In this document: piece after piece, positions 1 through 10,218 of the stretch
How positions within the stretch are numbered: the stretch's first letter is position 1
Layout: each line of letters opens with the position of its first letter
Source of the DNA: Fimbriimonadales bacterium
Lineage (GTDB): Bacteria; Armatimonadota; Fimbriimonadia; Fimbriimonadales; ATM1
Direction: 5' to 3'
DNA length: 44,483 nucleotides
Assembly: GCA_051003155.1 (NCBI GenBank)
Contig: JBPCLO010000023.1
Location: 1-44,483, forward strand
Position numbers and translations under genes: made by a program
The notes under the pieces: generated by a model
What the model was told of the DNA's origin: nothing
Seen by the model: only the letters and a program-made list of their open reading frames with translations
The model's database searches: none

Positions 1-444
1 CTGGACGGCGTCGTTTGCCGGGTGGCGGCTCACCATTTTGGAGACCCCGAGCTTTTTATGCAAAGAAGCTTTGACGTCCTCGGGCCGGGCGGCTTTCTGC
101 TGCTCATCGACACGGTGGGCGCGGATGACCCGGGCGCGGACGAAGCGCTGCACCTTTTGGAAAGCCTTCGCGACCCGTCGCACGTTCGCGACCATACGCC
201 ATCCGCTTGGAGAAGGATGGCCAGAAAGGCGGGTTTCGAGCCCGAATTCGAAGACACGATCCAAAAGCCGCTCAACGCGAAAGAATGGATGGACCGTATG
301 TCGGTCGAGCCCGTGACCCGCAAAAGAATATTGGAGCTTATTAATTCGTCAAGAGACTGGTTCCGAGAATATTTGCGCCCGCACAGCGAAGGCGATTTGC
401 TGACATTTCATTTATTGGAATGCACGATGCTGCTAAGGAAATAA
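1..444 (+). CDS. Class I SAM-dependent methyltransferase, C-terminal part (starts upstream of the window)
   Basis: Reading frame open from the window edge (LDGVVCRVAAHHF...VLGPGG); RDPSHVR motif typical of the YafE/UbiE-like family. Confidence 0.8.
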   Translation: MDGVVCRVAAHHFGDPELFMQRSFDVLGPGGFLLLIDTVGADDPGADEALHLLESLRDPSHVRDHTPSAWRRMARKAGFEPEFEDTIQKPLNAKEWMDRMSVEPVTRKRILELINSSRDWFREYLRPHSEGDLLTFHLLECTMLLRK

Positions 445-1229
445 TGCGAAAGCCGACGCTCTCGCCGAGCAAGATAACCACATATTTGGCTTGCCCAGTT
501 AAATACCGCTGGACTCACATCGACCCCCGCGGTAAATGGTTTTTTCGATCGAAGAACTATTACAGTTTCGGCCTCAGCTTGCACGCCGCTTTGCAGAGGT
601 TTCACGATAGCAATGACCTCGGTGTGACAACGACGGAGGAAACGATTGCTAGCCTGGAGGAGAACTGGGTGAGCGCGGGTTACGCCTCGCCGGAGGAAGC
701 CGCGGAGGCCCTCGCCGAGGGCCGCGAGATCGTTTCCCAGTACATCGAATCAGCTGCGGTATCAGGTTCCGCGCGCGCGCCTCTTTTTGTCGAGAAACAG
801 CTCAGCCTCGATATGGGAGATTTCATACTCGCGGGCCGGTTGGACCGCGTCGATGAGCTGCCGGACGGCACCCTCGAAATCATCGACTATAAGAGCGGCA
901 GCCAGTTCTCGGAGGAGGAATTATTGCAAGACGTTGCGATGAACTCTTATCATCTGTTGCTTCGCGAGCTCATGCCGGATCGTAGAATGCTGCTTACGAC
1001 TGTCATGCTGAGAGCTGGCGAACGCGTTACGGTCGAACAAACCACCGAATATCTGGATCAATTTGCGGAAGATGTGAAATCGATAGGAATAGAGATTTTA
1101 AATCGCGAATATCACGAAATTGATCCTATACCGAAATCGTTGTGCCAATGGTGCGATTTCTTGCCGCTATGTGAGAGGCACGATGAATTTCGCGAAAGCT
1201 TTCACGAATTGCGGCAATCGCTGAACTAA
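444..1229 (+). CDS. PD-(D/E)XK RecB/AddB/Cas4-like exonuclease with putative 4Fe-4S cysteines
   Basis: SPS...CP at N-terminus, GRLDRVD...IIDYKSG nuclease motif, C-terminal CQWCDFLPLC; ATG overlaps the upstream stop (TAATG at 442-446). Confidence 0.85.
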   Translation: MRKPTLSPSKITTYLACPVKYRWTHIDPRGKWFFRSKNYYSFGLSLHAALQRFHDSNDLGVTTTEETIASLEENWVSAGYASPEEAAEALAEGREIVSQYIESAAVSGSARAPLFVEKQLSLDMGDFILAGRLDRVDELPDGTLEIIDYKSGSQFSEEELLQDVAMNSYHLLLRELMPDRRMLLTTVMLRAGERVTVEQTTEYLDQFAEDVKSIGIEILNREYHEIDPIPKSLCQWCDFLPLCERHDEFRESFHELRQSLN

Positions 1230-2041
1230 AGATAGGGCTGCACAATCGAAGAGGCTCGCGCAAGGGCGTCGAGATCTAAGCCCGTCTCGAAAGCACGGGC
1301 AAGGGCTTCGGTCGATACGTTTCCCGGGGCGCCGGGGGCGAACGGGCAACCGCCGATGCCCCCCGTCGAAGCGTCGAATATGGTGATTCCCATTTGCGCG
1401 GCTGCTTTGGCATTGTCGACGGCTTGCCCGAACGTGTCATGGAAGTGCGTGGCCGTCTTCTCGACCGGACAGACTATCAGCGATTCCGCGAGAAGTTCCG
1501 AAACCTCGTCCGGCTGCGCCTTGCCGATCGTGTCGCCGATCGAGATCTCATCGCACCCGAGTTCGAGAAGCTGCTTTATGACCTCGACTACGTCTTTGGG
1601 GGCAATCTTGCCTTCATAAGGGCAATAAAAAGCCGTCGAAACGTACCCGCGGACTGGTACCGGCGACCGCGCGATCACCGGGCGGAATCGTTTCATAGAC
1701 TCCGCGATCGTCGCGTTGATGTTCTTTTGGTTGAAGGTCTCGCTCACTGCCGCAAAGACCGCGATCTTGTCCGGATTCGCCGCGATCGCTCCGTCCAGGC
1801 CCTTCTCATTGGGCACCAGCGCCATGTACCGAACCTTCGGATTGCGCGTGATTCCTGCAAAGACTTCGGCAGCGTCGGCGAGCTGAGGCACCCACTTCGG
1901 GCTGACGAAAGAGCTTACTTCGATCTCGTCGAGCCCGGTCTGCGACAAGGCATCCACCAACGCGATCTTTACTTCGGTTGGGATGATCTTCTCGATGCTC
2001 TGCAGGCCGTCGCGGGGGCCAACTTCGACGATCCGGATCAC
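1226..2041 (-). CDS. liuE: Hydroxymethylglutaryl-CoA lyase
   Basis: EVGPRDGLQ, HFHDT and GGCPFAPGAPGN motifs; GTG start overlaps the upstream TGA. Confidence 0.92.
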   Translation of the reverse strand: MIRIVEVGPRDGLQSIEKIIPTEVKIALVDALSQTGLDEIEVSSFVSPKWVPQLADAAEVFAGITRNPKVRYMALVPNEKGLDGAIAANPDKIAVFAAVSETFNQKNINATIAESMKRFRPVIARSPVPVRGYVSTAFYCPYEGKIAPKDVVEVIKQLLELGCDEISIGDTIGKAQPDEVSELLAESLIVCPVEKTATHFHDTFGQAVDNAKAAAQMGITIFDASTGGIGGCPFAPGAPGNVSTEALARAFETGLDLDALARASSIVQPYL

Positions 2042-2451
2042 TCGAGCCTCACAAGGAGCTGACCCAGATCTACGAGCTCGCCTTCCTTTGCCCCGAGTTC
2101 GGCAACGACACCGTCCGCCTCGGCTTCCAGGCGGTACTCCATTTTCATGGCTTCGAGAACGGCGAGATCGTCGCCCCGCTTTACGCAATCGCCGACGTTA
2201 ACGGGAATCGAGACGACCTTCCCTGTCATCGGAGCCCGCGCCTCGTGGTCTGTCCTATCGGACATGCCATCGGGACGCGAAAATCTTGCCGAGTTGCCGT
2301 TGCACGAGACCCAGACGCCCGACTCGTCGATCTCGAAATCTACCATTAGCTCTTCCGAATCGCGATCGACGATGACGACGACATTTCCAAGAATCATCTG
2401 CGCAGTTGGCACCTTGCAGTCGATAGGGCCGTCGGGACCGATTAGTCTCAT
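2038..2451 (-). CDS. Stand-alone biotin carboxyl carrier protein of an acyl-CoA carboxylase
   Basis: APMTGKV and EAMKME biotinylation motif; ATGA overlap with the biotin carboxylase gene. Confidence 0.88.
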   Translation of the reverse strand: MRLIGPDGPIDCKVPTAQMILGNVVVIVDRDSEELMVDFEIDESGVWVSCNGNSARFSRPDGMSDRTDHEARAPMTGKVVSIPVNVGDCVKRGDDLAVLEAMKMEYRLEAEADGVVAELGAKEGELVDLGQLLVRLE

Positions 2452-3869
2452 GACAGCCGCCACGCCGAATGACACCAAATACCCGTTGCTTGGTTGGTGG
2501 GGCCACGCAAGACCCAAGCAGCCGCTCCTCCGAGTTCAACGGCCAGCGGACGCGGACCAATTTCGATTTCATCGACGGTGCTTGTGAAAGTCAGGCCCTT
2601 CGAAAAGCTCGTAGATTCAAGCAAGTGAATCAGGAAAGCTTGATTTGTGTAAATTCCATGAATAATCGTGGATTGAAGCGAGCAGATTAGATTCTCCGTG
2701 GCCTTTTTCCTTGTGTTAGCGTGGGCGATCAACTTGGCGATCAACGAATCGTATTCTGTGCTCACCCTGCTTCCCAGCCCGCTGTCGACGCGAGCTTCGT
2801 CCGGGAACTCCGGAAAATCTGCCCTCAGCACCTCGCCTGCGCTTGGCAGAAAGTTGTTATACGGATCCTCGGCGTTTATCCGTGCCTCAATGGCATGGCC
2901 TTCGCGCTTGACATCCGCCTGCTTCTTCATTTTTTCGCCCTGAGCGATTTCGATTTGCATACGTACAAGGTCCAGACCTGTACACATTTCGGTTACCGGG
3001 TGCTCCACCTGTAGGCGCGCATTGACCTCCAAGAAGTAAAACTCGCCGTCCGGCCCCAACAGAAACTCCACCGTCCCCGCGTTTTTGTAACCCACCGCCT
3101 CAGCAATGCGAATCGCCGCATCGAACAACTGGTCACGCAGCACATCGTCGACAGCGGTCGAAGGCGATTCCTCGATGAGCTTCTGGTGCCGCCGCTGCAG
3201 GCTGCACTCGCGTTCTCCAAGGGCGATTGCTCGCTTGCCATCTCCGAAAATCTGCACCTCCACGTGTCGGGCAGGATAGATGTATCGCTCCACGATCAGC
3301 CGGTCGTCTCCGAACGCGGCCCTGGTTTCCCTTTGCGATGTCTCCACCTGCTCGCGTAGCCCCTCCAGGGTAAGAAGCTTCTTCATGCCCTTTCCGCCGC
3401 CCCCGGCGGCGGCTTTCAGCATCAGCGGCGCACCGAGCTTCGCCGCCGCTTTCTCGACGTCCGCAACCTTGGTAAATGGTCCCAAGCCCTCGGTAAACGG
3501 GATGCCGAGCTTGCGAGCCTGATCGCGAGCCTTCGATTTATCGCCAACTGCTTCGATCGCTTCGGGCGACGGCCCTATGAAAACCACACCGGCGGCCGCG
3601 CACTTTCGAGCAAACTCAGGATTCTCAGCCAGAAACCCGTAACCCGGATGAATGGCGTCGGCGCCAGACGCTTTGGCGGCGTCGATAACCTCGTCCATCG
3701 CGAGGTAAGTGGAAATGCTGACAGCCTCGCGGCCCGTCATATGCGGCATTCCCTCGTCGTGCTCGGTATAAACGGCAGTCGCCTGCAAGCCCATTTCGTC
3801 CGCCGTGCGAATAACGCGGCACGCAATCTCGCCGCGGTTCGCTACCAACAGCTTCTTGATTCGCTTCAT
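2448..3869 (-). CDS. Biotin carboxylase (methylcrotonyl-CoA carboxylase alpha-type, lacking the carrier domain)
   Basis: ANRGEIA, HPGYGFLAEN, GGGGKGM, RECSLQRRHQK and EVNARLQVEHPVTE motifs. Confidence 0.93.
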   Translation of the reverse strand: MKRIKKLLVANRGEIACRVIRTADEMGLQATAVYTEHDEGMPHMTGREAVSISTYLAMDEVIDAAKASGADAIHPGYGFLAENPEFARKCAAAGVVFIGPSPEAIEAVGDKSKARDQARKLGIPFTEGLGPFTKVADVEKAAAKLGAPLMLKAAAGGGGKGMKKLLTLEGLREQVETSQRETRAAFGDDRLIVERYIYPARHVEVQIFGDGKRAIALGERECSLQRRHQKLIEESPSTAVDDVLRDQLFDAAIRIAEAVGYKNAGTVEFLLGPDGEFYFLEVNARLQVEHPVTEMCTGLDLVRMQIEIAQGEKMKKQADVKREGHAIEARINAEDPYNNFLPSAGEVLRADFPEFPDEARVDSGLGSRVSTEYDSLIAKLIAHANTRKKATENLICSLQSTIIHGIYTNQAFLIHLLESTSFSKGLTFTSTVDEIEIGPRPLAVELGGAAAWVLRGPTNQATGIWCHSAWRLS

Positions 3870-3906
3870 GAACAGGCTTAGTTTTACCCACTTCACGCCT
3901 GAGCGG

Positions 3907-4668
3907 CTACGCCCAGGAAGGCTTCCGCTTCTCTAGGAAGGCCTTGACACCCTCCTGGCCCTCTGCGGAAACGCGAAGACGAGCGATGGTCTCCGCGGAG
4001 ACTTCGAGCGCATCTCGATGTGATATATTGGATAGGGTTCTAAGCAGAGACTTCGCCTCACGAACAGCCTCCGGGCCCCCTTGCATCAGGGTTTCGGCAA
4101 CCTTCGAAACGGCCGCATCAATCTGATCGAGTGGCACGACTTCGTGGGCCAATCCGATCCGCTTCGCGGCCTCTGCGTCTATGATCTCAGCTGAAAGGAA
4201 ATATCGACGAGCAGCGCTCATCCCGATTTTCCGTAGCGCGAACGACGAGATTACCGCCGGGGCAAGGCCGAGCTTCACCTCGCTGAAGCAGAACTTCGCA
4301 TCCACGTCGGCCACGACGATGTCGCAGACGCTTGCGAGTCCGACACCTCCGCCGAACGCTGCGCCCTGGACCCTTCCGATGACCGCGCACGGGCACTCGT
4401 CGATCGCTCTGAACATTTCGGCAAGCTTGCGGGCGTCATCCAGATTCTGCTGCTGTGTGTAGCCGATCGACTGCTGCATCCAATTGAGGTCGCCTCCGGC
4501 ACAGAAAACCTTGCCCTCACCGGCGAGCACAACCACTCTGGCGTCGACGGAATGAAACGTCTCCGTTAACTCCCTGATAAGCGTGTCGTCGAACGCGTTG
4601 CGGACATCGGGTCGGTTGAGGGAAATGCGGGCGATTCCTCCGGATTCAGAGACTAAGAGCGAACTCAT
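3907..4668 (-). CDS. liuC: Enoyl-CoA hydratase family, probable methylglutaconyl-CoA hydratase
   Basis: LNRPDVRNAFD, FCAGGDL, GGGVGL and FSEVKLG motifs; pathway context. Confidence 0.85.
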   Translation of the reverse strand: MSSLLVSESGGIARISLNRPDVRNAFDDTLIRELTETFHSVDARVVVLAGEGKVFCAGGDLNWMQQSIGYTQQQNLDDARKLAEMFRAIDECPCAVIGRVQGAAFGGGVGLASVCDIVVADVDAKFCFSEVKLGLAPAVISSFALRKIGMSAARRYFLSAEIIDAEAAKRIGLAHEVVPLDQIDAAVSKVAETLMQGGPEAVREAKSLLRTLSNISHRDALEVSAETIARLRVSAEGQEGVKAFLEKRKPSWA

Positions 4669-4710
4669 GCGTACGGTTCTACCCGACCGGCCCTAAGGTA
4701 TCCTTAAAGG

Positions 4711-6534
4711 GTGTCCTCCCCCATACGCAACATCGGCATCATTGCGCATGTCGACCACGGCAAAACGACCTTAGTCGATGCCATTTTCCGCCAAGCCGGG
4801 ACCTTTCGAGAGAACCAACATATGCAGGAAAGGATAATGGACAGCAACGAGCTGGAGCGCGAGAAAGGAATCACGATTCTGTCGAAGGTCGCGAGCGTTC
4901 GTTACCGTGATTACAAAATTAACATCGTCGACACTCCGGGGCATGCCGATTTCGGTGGCGAGGTTGAGCGGGTCCTCTCCATGGTCGATGGGGTTCTCTT
5001 GGTAGTCGATGCGTGCGAAGGGCCCATGCCTCAAACTCGGTTTGTTCTGAAGAAGGCCTTTCAGCATGGACTAAAGCCGATCGTATGCATCAACAAAGTT
5101 GACAGGGAGGGAGCAATTCCGCTTCACGCCTACGACAAGACACTCGACCTCTTTATTGACTTGGGCGCAAGCGAAGCCGACTTGTTTTTCCCCCATCTCT
5201 TCACATCGGGAGCAGCCGGCTTTGCGAGAGTCTCGCCCGACGGCGGCGAGCAGGACATGCGCGAGCTTTTCGAAATGATCATCAATGCCGTGCCGCCGCC
5301 ATCGAGCGGCGATGGCCAGCTACTGATGCAAATAAACAATTTGGATTATTCCGATTATATGGGCCGCATGTTTGGCGGCAAGGTTTTGCAGGGGCAGCTC
5401 AGGGTCGGCGACAGGCTCAATCTCCTTCGCGAAGATAAATCGGCCGGATTCAATGTCACGAAGCTCTGGATATACGAAGGCATCCAACTCGCCGAAACTG
5501 ATCGGGTAGAGACCGGCGAGATCGGTATGATGTCGGGTCTCGACGACGTCCTGATCAGCGACACGATCGCAGACCCCTCGATCACCGAACCACTTTCAGT
5601 AATCGCGATCGAGCCGCCCACGCTCACGATGAGCTTCTACGCCAACCAATCGCCCCTCGCCGGCAAGGACGGCGGGAAGTTCCTGACCATCCAAAAAATC
5701 CGCGAGCGGTTGGAAAAGGAAGCGAAAGTAAGCGTCGCCCTCAAAATCGATACCGAAACGCCGGCTGAGACCGTCAAGGTCTACGCTCGTGGTGAGCTCC
5801 AGCTGGCAATCCTTATCGAGACCATGCGAAGGGAGGGCTACGAAACGGCGATCAGCCGTCCGAAAGTCATAATGAAAAAGGACTCCCAAGGCAAGACTCT
5901 TGAGCCAATCGAGAGAATTTCCCTTGAATTTCCTGAGGAGTACATGGGGCCGGTTATGGAAGAGCTCAGCCGCAGGAAGGGCGAAATGAAAGACATGGTC
6001 AAGGACGAGCGGGGAATTATGCAACTCGAATACGTTATTCCCACTCGCGGGCTCATTGGCTTTCGCTCGAACTACTTAACGCTTACGCGAGGTTTTGGCG
6101 TTGTTTCCCAATTATTAGAAGGACACGAGCCGCACAAGGGCGAAGTCACTTCGCGAACTAAAGGTGCAATTATTTCCAAAGAATCCGGAAAAATCACAAG
6201 ATACGCTTATGAGGATGTGCAGGAGCGCGGCCAAATGTTCTACCCCGCCGGCACCGAGGTGTATCCGGGAATGATTATCGGCGAATGCTCGCGCGATGAG
6301 GACATGGTCGTCAACATCACCAAAGCTAAGCAAATGACCAACATGCGTGCAGCGTCGGCGGACGCGACCGTCGTGCTCGACCAACACCGTGATTTTTCGT
6401 TGGAACAAGCCCTCGCTTGGCTCCGCGACGACGAGTTGCTCGAGGTGACCCCGAAGATGCTCAGGTTCCGAAAGGCCGTACTCGACCACGGCGAACGCCG
6501 CGTTGCGGAAAGGCGCGCCGAAACCATCGCGTAA
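4711..6534 (+). CDS. typA: Translational GTPase TypA/BipA
   Basis: [46 protein letters not shown] and LEVTP motifs. Confidence 0.97.
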   Translation: MSSPIRNIGIIAHVDHGKTTLVDAIFRQAGTFRENQHMQERIMDSNELEREKGITILSKVASVRYRDYKINIVDTPGHADFGGEVERVLSMVDGVLLVVDACEGPMPQTRFVLKKAFQHGLKPIVCINKVDREGAIPLHAYDKTLDLFIDLGASEADLFFPHLFTSGAAGFARVSPDGGEQDMRELFEMIINAVPPPSSGDGQLLMQINNLDYSDYMGRMFGGKVLQGQLRVGDRLNLLREDKSAGFNVTKLWIYEGIQLAETDRVETGEIGMMSGLDDVLISDTIADPSITEPLSVIAIEPPTLTMSFYANQSPLAGKDGGKFLTIQKIRERLEKEAKVSVALKIDTETPAETVKVYARGELQLAILIETMRREGYETAISRPKVIMKKDSQGKTLEPIERISLEFPEEYMGPVMEELSRRKGEMKDMVKDERGIMQLEYVIPTRGLIGFRSNYLTLTRGFGVVSQLLEGHEPHKGEVTSRTKGAIISKESGKITRYAYEDVQERGQMFYPAGTEVYPGMIIGECSRDEDMVVNITKAKQMTNMRAASADATVVLDQHRDFSLEQALAWLRDDELLEVTPKMLRFRKAVLDHGERRVAERRAETIA

Positions 6535-6549
6535 AGCACGAAAGAGCAC

Positions 6550-8343
6550 GTGATAACGGACCGAACACCCTTGGAAACGCTCGAACGAGTGTTCGGGTAC
6601 AAGTCATTTCGCCATCCCCAACAAGAGATCATCGGGGGCCTGATTGAAGGCAACGACGCTTTCGTCTTGATGCCGACTGGTGGCGGGAAGTCACTTTGCT
6701 ACCAGATACCGGCGCTTCATCGAAGGGGCGTCGGAATCGTCGTGTCGCCTCTTATTTCGCTGATGAAAGACCAGGTGGATGCACTTCGCGCAAACGGCGT
6801 TCGCGCCGTGGCTTATAATTCGGCTCTTTCGCAATCCGAATCCCGCGAGGTTCTCACAGCCCTGACTTCCGGGAAGTTGGAGTTGCTTTATGTCGCTCCC
6901 GAGAGGCTCATGCAAGGAGGGTTCCTTCAAAAGCTCGACTACGTCGACATCGCGCTTTTCGCCATCGACGAGGCGCATTGCATTTCGCATTGGGGTCACG
7001 ACTTCCGGCCGGAATATGTGACGCTCGGTAAATTACGCGAAAGATTCCCGAAGGTTCCGTTAATTGCACTGACCGCAACGGCCGAACCGCGCACGCGAAT
7101 CGATATCGTAGAGCGGCTGAATTTATCCGAGGCGCGGGAATATATTTCCAGTTTCGACCGACCGAATATTCGATATTCCGTGATTCAAAAATCGAATCCA
7201 GCGGAACAGCTGGCGAAATACGTCCGCGCCGGAAAGGGCCTTGCTGGCATTGTCTATTGCGGCACAAGAAAACGCGTCGAAGATGTTGCCGGGATGCTGC
7301 GTCAAGCCGGGATTTCTGCCGAGGCGTACCATGCCGGGATGCCCGACCGAGACAGAAAAAACGTTCAAGAGAGATTTCTGCGAGAGGACGTCGACGTCAT
7401 CGTGGCGACGGTTGCGTTCGGGATGGGTATCGACAAGCCGAACGTTCGGTTCGTCGTGCATTACGACGTGCCGAAACATATCGAGGGCTATTATCAGGAG
7501 ACGGGCCGCGCCGGTCGCGACGGTCTGCCCTCGGACGCAATTCTGCTCTTCTCACTTAGCGATTATATGACCGCAAAAAGGCTTATAGAAACGGGGGAGA
7601 ATCGCGATAGAAACGCTATCGAGATCAAAAAGCTCGAAGCCATGAAACGGTTTGCAGAGAGTTTTTCTTGCAGACGAAAGCAGCTGCTCGCTTATTTCGG
7701 TGAGGAACATTCCGGCGATTGCGGTAACTGCGACACTTGTCTCGATCCTAGGGAGAGTACGGATGCTACGGAAGACGTGAAAGCTGTCCTTATGTGCATT
7801 TACGAGTCGAACCAGCGGTATGGGACGAGGTTAATCGTCGATATTCTCATGGGCGCAGACACCGAAAGAATCCGTTCCGCCGACCTTGGTTCTTTGCCCA
7901 GCTATGGGAAGGGCGGCGATCATGACTCCTACTACTGGGACGCAGTAATTAATCAGCTATTGGAACTTGGCTACATCAGGAAGGAGGACGACAAGTATCC
8001 GATCCTCAAACTCACCCCGCTTACGAAGGATGTCTTGCGGGAAGATAAAACGGTGAGCCTCGTCCGTCCGGCCGCGCCCGGGTCCAAGAAGAGGCGAAAA
8101 AAGGCGGTGAGCGTGGCGACCCCGGTTGACAGGGCTCTATTCGAAAAGCTTCGGGCGCTCAGGAAGCATATCGCCGACGAGGACGGGGTCCCTCCGTATG
8201 TAGTCTTCGGCGACGCAACCCTCATTGAAATGGCGGCCCGCAAGCCGACAGACCGTAGCACGCTAGGGGCGATCAGCGGCGTAGGAATACACAAGCTCCA
8301 AAAATATGGGGAACGATTTCTAGCTGCCATCAGTCAAGAGTGA
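6550..8343 (+). CDS. recQ: DNA helicase RecQ with RQC and HRDC domains
   Basis: MPTGGGKSLCYQ, DEAHC, QETGRAGRDG, Zn-binding CGNCDTC and C-terminal HRDC (VPPYVVF). Confidence 0.97.
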   Translation: MITDRTPLETLERVFGYKSFRHPQQEIIGGLIEGNDAFVLMPTGGGKSLCYQIPALHRRGVGIVVSPLISLMKDQVDALRANGVRAVAYNSALSQSESREVLTALTSGKLELLYVAPERLMQGGFLQKLDYVDIALFAIDEAHCISHWGHDFRPEYVTLGKLRERFPKVPLIALTATAEPRTRIDIVERLNLSEAREYISSFDRPNIRYSVIQKSNPAEQLAKYVRAGKGLAGIVYCGTRKRVEDVAGMLRQAGISAEAYHAGMPDRDRKNVQERFLREDVDVIVATVAFGMGIDKPNVRFVVHYDVPKHIEGYYQETGRAGRDGLPSDAILLFSLSDYMTAKRLIETGENRDRNAIEIKKLEAMKRFAESFSCRRKQLLAYFGEEHSGDCGNCDTCLDPRESTDATEDVKAVLMCIYESNQRYGTRLIVDILMGADTERIRSADLGSLPSYGKGGDHDSYYWDAVINQLLELGYIRKEDDKYPILKLTPLTKDVLREDKTVSLVRPAAPGSKKRRKKAVSVATPVDRALFEKLRALRKHIADEDGVPPYVVFGDATLIEMAARKPTDRSTLGAISGVGIHKLQKYGERFLAAISQE

Positions 8344-8350
8344 ACCTGGA

Positions 8351-8707
8351 ATGCTAAACTCACAAGCCGAAATGCGCCTGTTTGGGAAGGTTGATCTGCG
8401 AAGCATCGCTAGTCACGTACCATGGCCGGTGGCGCTGTATGCTTTCTTGGGGATATTGGATCTCGGCTTCACTTTGCTGGCATTTCATTATGGCTTCCAA
8501 GAGGGGAATCCGATCTTGGCTTGGTACAAGGAGCAGGGGTTTTTCGAGGTCGTGAAGGTCGGAACCACCATCGCTATCGTCGTCCTGGGCTTCTTTCTGT
8601 GGCAGCTCCGCTTGGTTAGGGCGATCATTTGCGTAGCTGACATCGCCATGTTCGCGTTGTTCGTGTGGCATCTTTTCTTCTGGGTCGGATTTCTTGATAG
8701 AGCTTGA
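8351..8707 (+). CDS. Small membrane protein, DUF5658-like
   Basis: Three hydrophobic segments with LD..FT and EGNP motifs. Confidence 0.6.
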   Translation: MLNSQAEMRLFGKVDLRSIASHVPWPVALYAFLGILDLGFTLLAFHYGFQEGNPILAWYKEQGFFEVVKVGTTIAIVVLGFFLWQLRLVRAIICVADIAMFALFVWHLFFWVGFLDRA

Positions 8708-8787
8708 ACATTTCCACCGTGACGCGTTATTCACTGAGTCGTTAGTACTCACGTAACGACCCCCGCAAGCGGGGAGGAGGAATTTGG

Positions 8788-10176
8788 ATGAAGATTCGAG
8801 GATATTTCGTAGGCTCCTTTGCTTTGGCTTTGGGCTGCGCGACTGTAGTCAGCGGTACCGACGAGTGGGATCCGTTGCCCAAAACCAGCGCCAGTACCAG
8901 CCGTGAGTACGCGGAGACGATTCGTAAAACCGCGACGATGGTTGGCGACGCCGACGCCCGGCGACTGGCTAGCGCTCGTGGCCTGAACATACTGAACGTC
9001 ACATGGGAGGACACGGGCCGCTTCAAAAACTCTGCCGTCGGCCCGAATATCAGCGACATGACCATACAGGTCGGCGTCGAGAACGCTCAGACGCGGCAGT
9101 TCGAGGTCACCTGCATGCCGGTCATCCGGAACCCGAATTATTCGGACCTCACTTGCGACATCGACCCGCGTGGCTTCACGCTGCTCGTCGGAAACCAGAA
9201 GGGCAGGACACTCAAACGTGTGAGTTTGTATCAGTTTTTGGAGAATCCTACTGAATATCTCACTGACCCGAGCTCTTGGAGAGGCCGCGGCCGGAGCCTC
9301 GCTGCCCCACGGGACACCCATGCGCTGGTGAGCGCCCAGGCTTGTTTCTTGCCGATACCGAAAAGCGGCAAGGCAACGTTCAACCCGGTCTTGTTCAACT
9401 ATCAGAGCGTCTCAGGGGATCCCGCAGTGCTCACGATCCTTTGCACGCGTGAAGGGACGAGCACGACGATCATCGACAACAAGCGCGACGCATTTTCGAC
9501 CGGATCGGTCTGGGGCCAGCGGTTGTTCCATAACGCGAACGGCGAACGGACGAGCCTCACCGGCGAGCGGCTGAGCGACTTCATTTCCAGGGGCGGATCC
9601 GGCAAAGGCCCGGGTCTTAGCATGGTTTTGCTGGTCCAAGTTCCGCTCAAACAGAAGCATCCGATGCGTGGTGGCGGCGGATTCGGTGCCGGGGCAGACT
9701 ACGGGCTGTCCGCACCATCGACAAAGTCAGAGGCTAAGGGGGGCCGAAGCGACGTCGAAGCGGCCGTGATCGGCCACGGCGAAGTCGAAGGCCCGTTCAC
9801 CGAGATCGACAATCTCGCGATCGAGCGCGACCCGAATTTCCCCGTTCGCGTGACGGTTCAGTTTTATAAGGCCACTTCGAATGGAGTCGTTTCCGAGGCC
9901 GACATGACCACCATCAAGAAAGAAATCGAGCAGGTCTACAGCCTAAGCGACTACGTCGGCAGCCTCGTCACCCAGGGCGAGACGGGACGCCCGACCGAGT
10001 ACGTCGGCATGAAAGTCCAGCCGCCCGGATGGTGGGACGAGTTCTGGCTGCGGCACGAGCAAAGCACGGGCGACTCTCGGGAACACGCGATCGCGAAGCT
10101 TAGGCATCTGCTGGGCAAGAACTACATGTCCCGCCCGGTATGCGAACTATACGTTCGCGATTGCTTGCGCAAGTAA
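8788..10176 (+). CDS. Secreted hypothetical protein (WEDTGR...GPNISDMT family)
   Basis: 462-aa ORF, strong GGAGG RBS, N-terminal signal-like segment. Confidence 0.8.
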   Translation: MKIRGYFVGSFALALGCATVVSGTDEWDPLPKTSASTSREYAETIRKTATMVGDADARRLASARGLNILNVTWEDTGRFKNSAVGPNISDMTIQVGVENAQTRQFEVTCMPVIRNPNYSDLTCDIDPRGFTLLVGNQKGRTLKRVSLYQFLENPTEYLTDPSSWRGRGRSLAAPRDTHALVSAQACFLPIPKSGKATFNPVLFNYQSVSGDPAVLTILCTREGTSTTIIDNKRDAFSTGSVWGQRLFHNANGERTSLTGERLSDFISRGGSGKGPGLSMVLLVQVPLKQKHPMRGGGGFGAGADYGLSAPSTKSEAKGGRSDVEAAVIGHGEVEGPFTEIDNLAIERDPNFPVRVTVQFYKATSNGVVSEADMTTIKKEIEQVYSLSDYVGSLVTQGETGRPTEYVGMKVQPPGWWDEFWLRHEQSTGDSREHAIAKLRHLLGKNYMSRPVCELYVRDCLRK

Positions 10177-10218
10177 CTTACCGTAACTGCCCTCATCCAG
10201 CGGACGATGAGGGCGCTT

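Noticed and set aside
444..1229. Cas4-like nuclease as evidence of a CRISPR-Cas locus
   Set aside because: No repeat-spacer array or other cas genes were seen; stand-alone RecB-family nucleases are common
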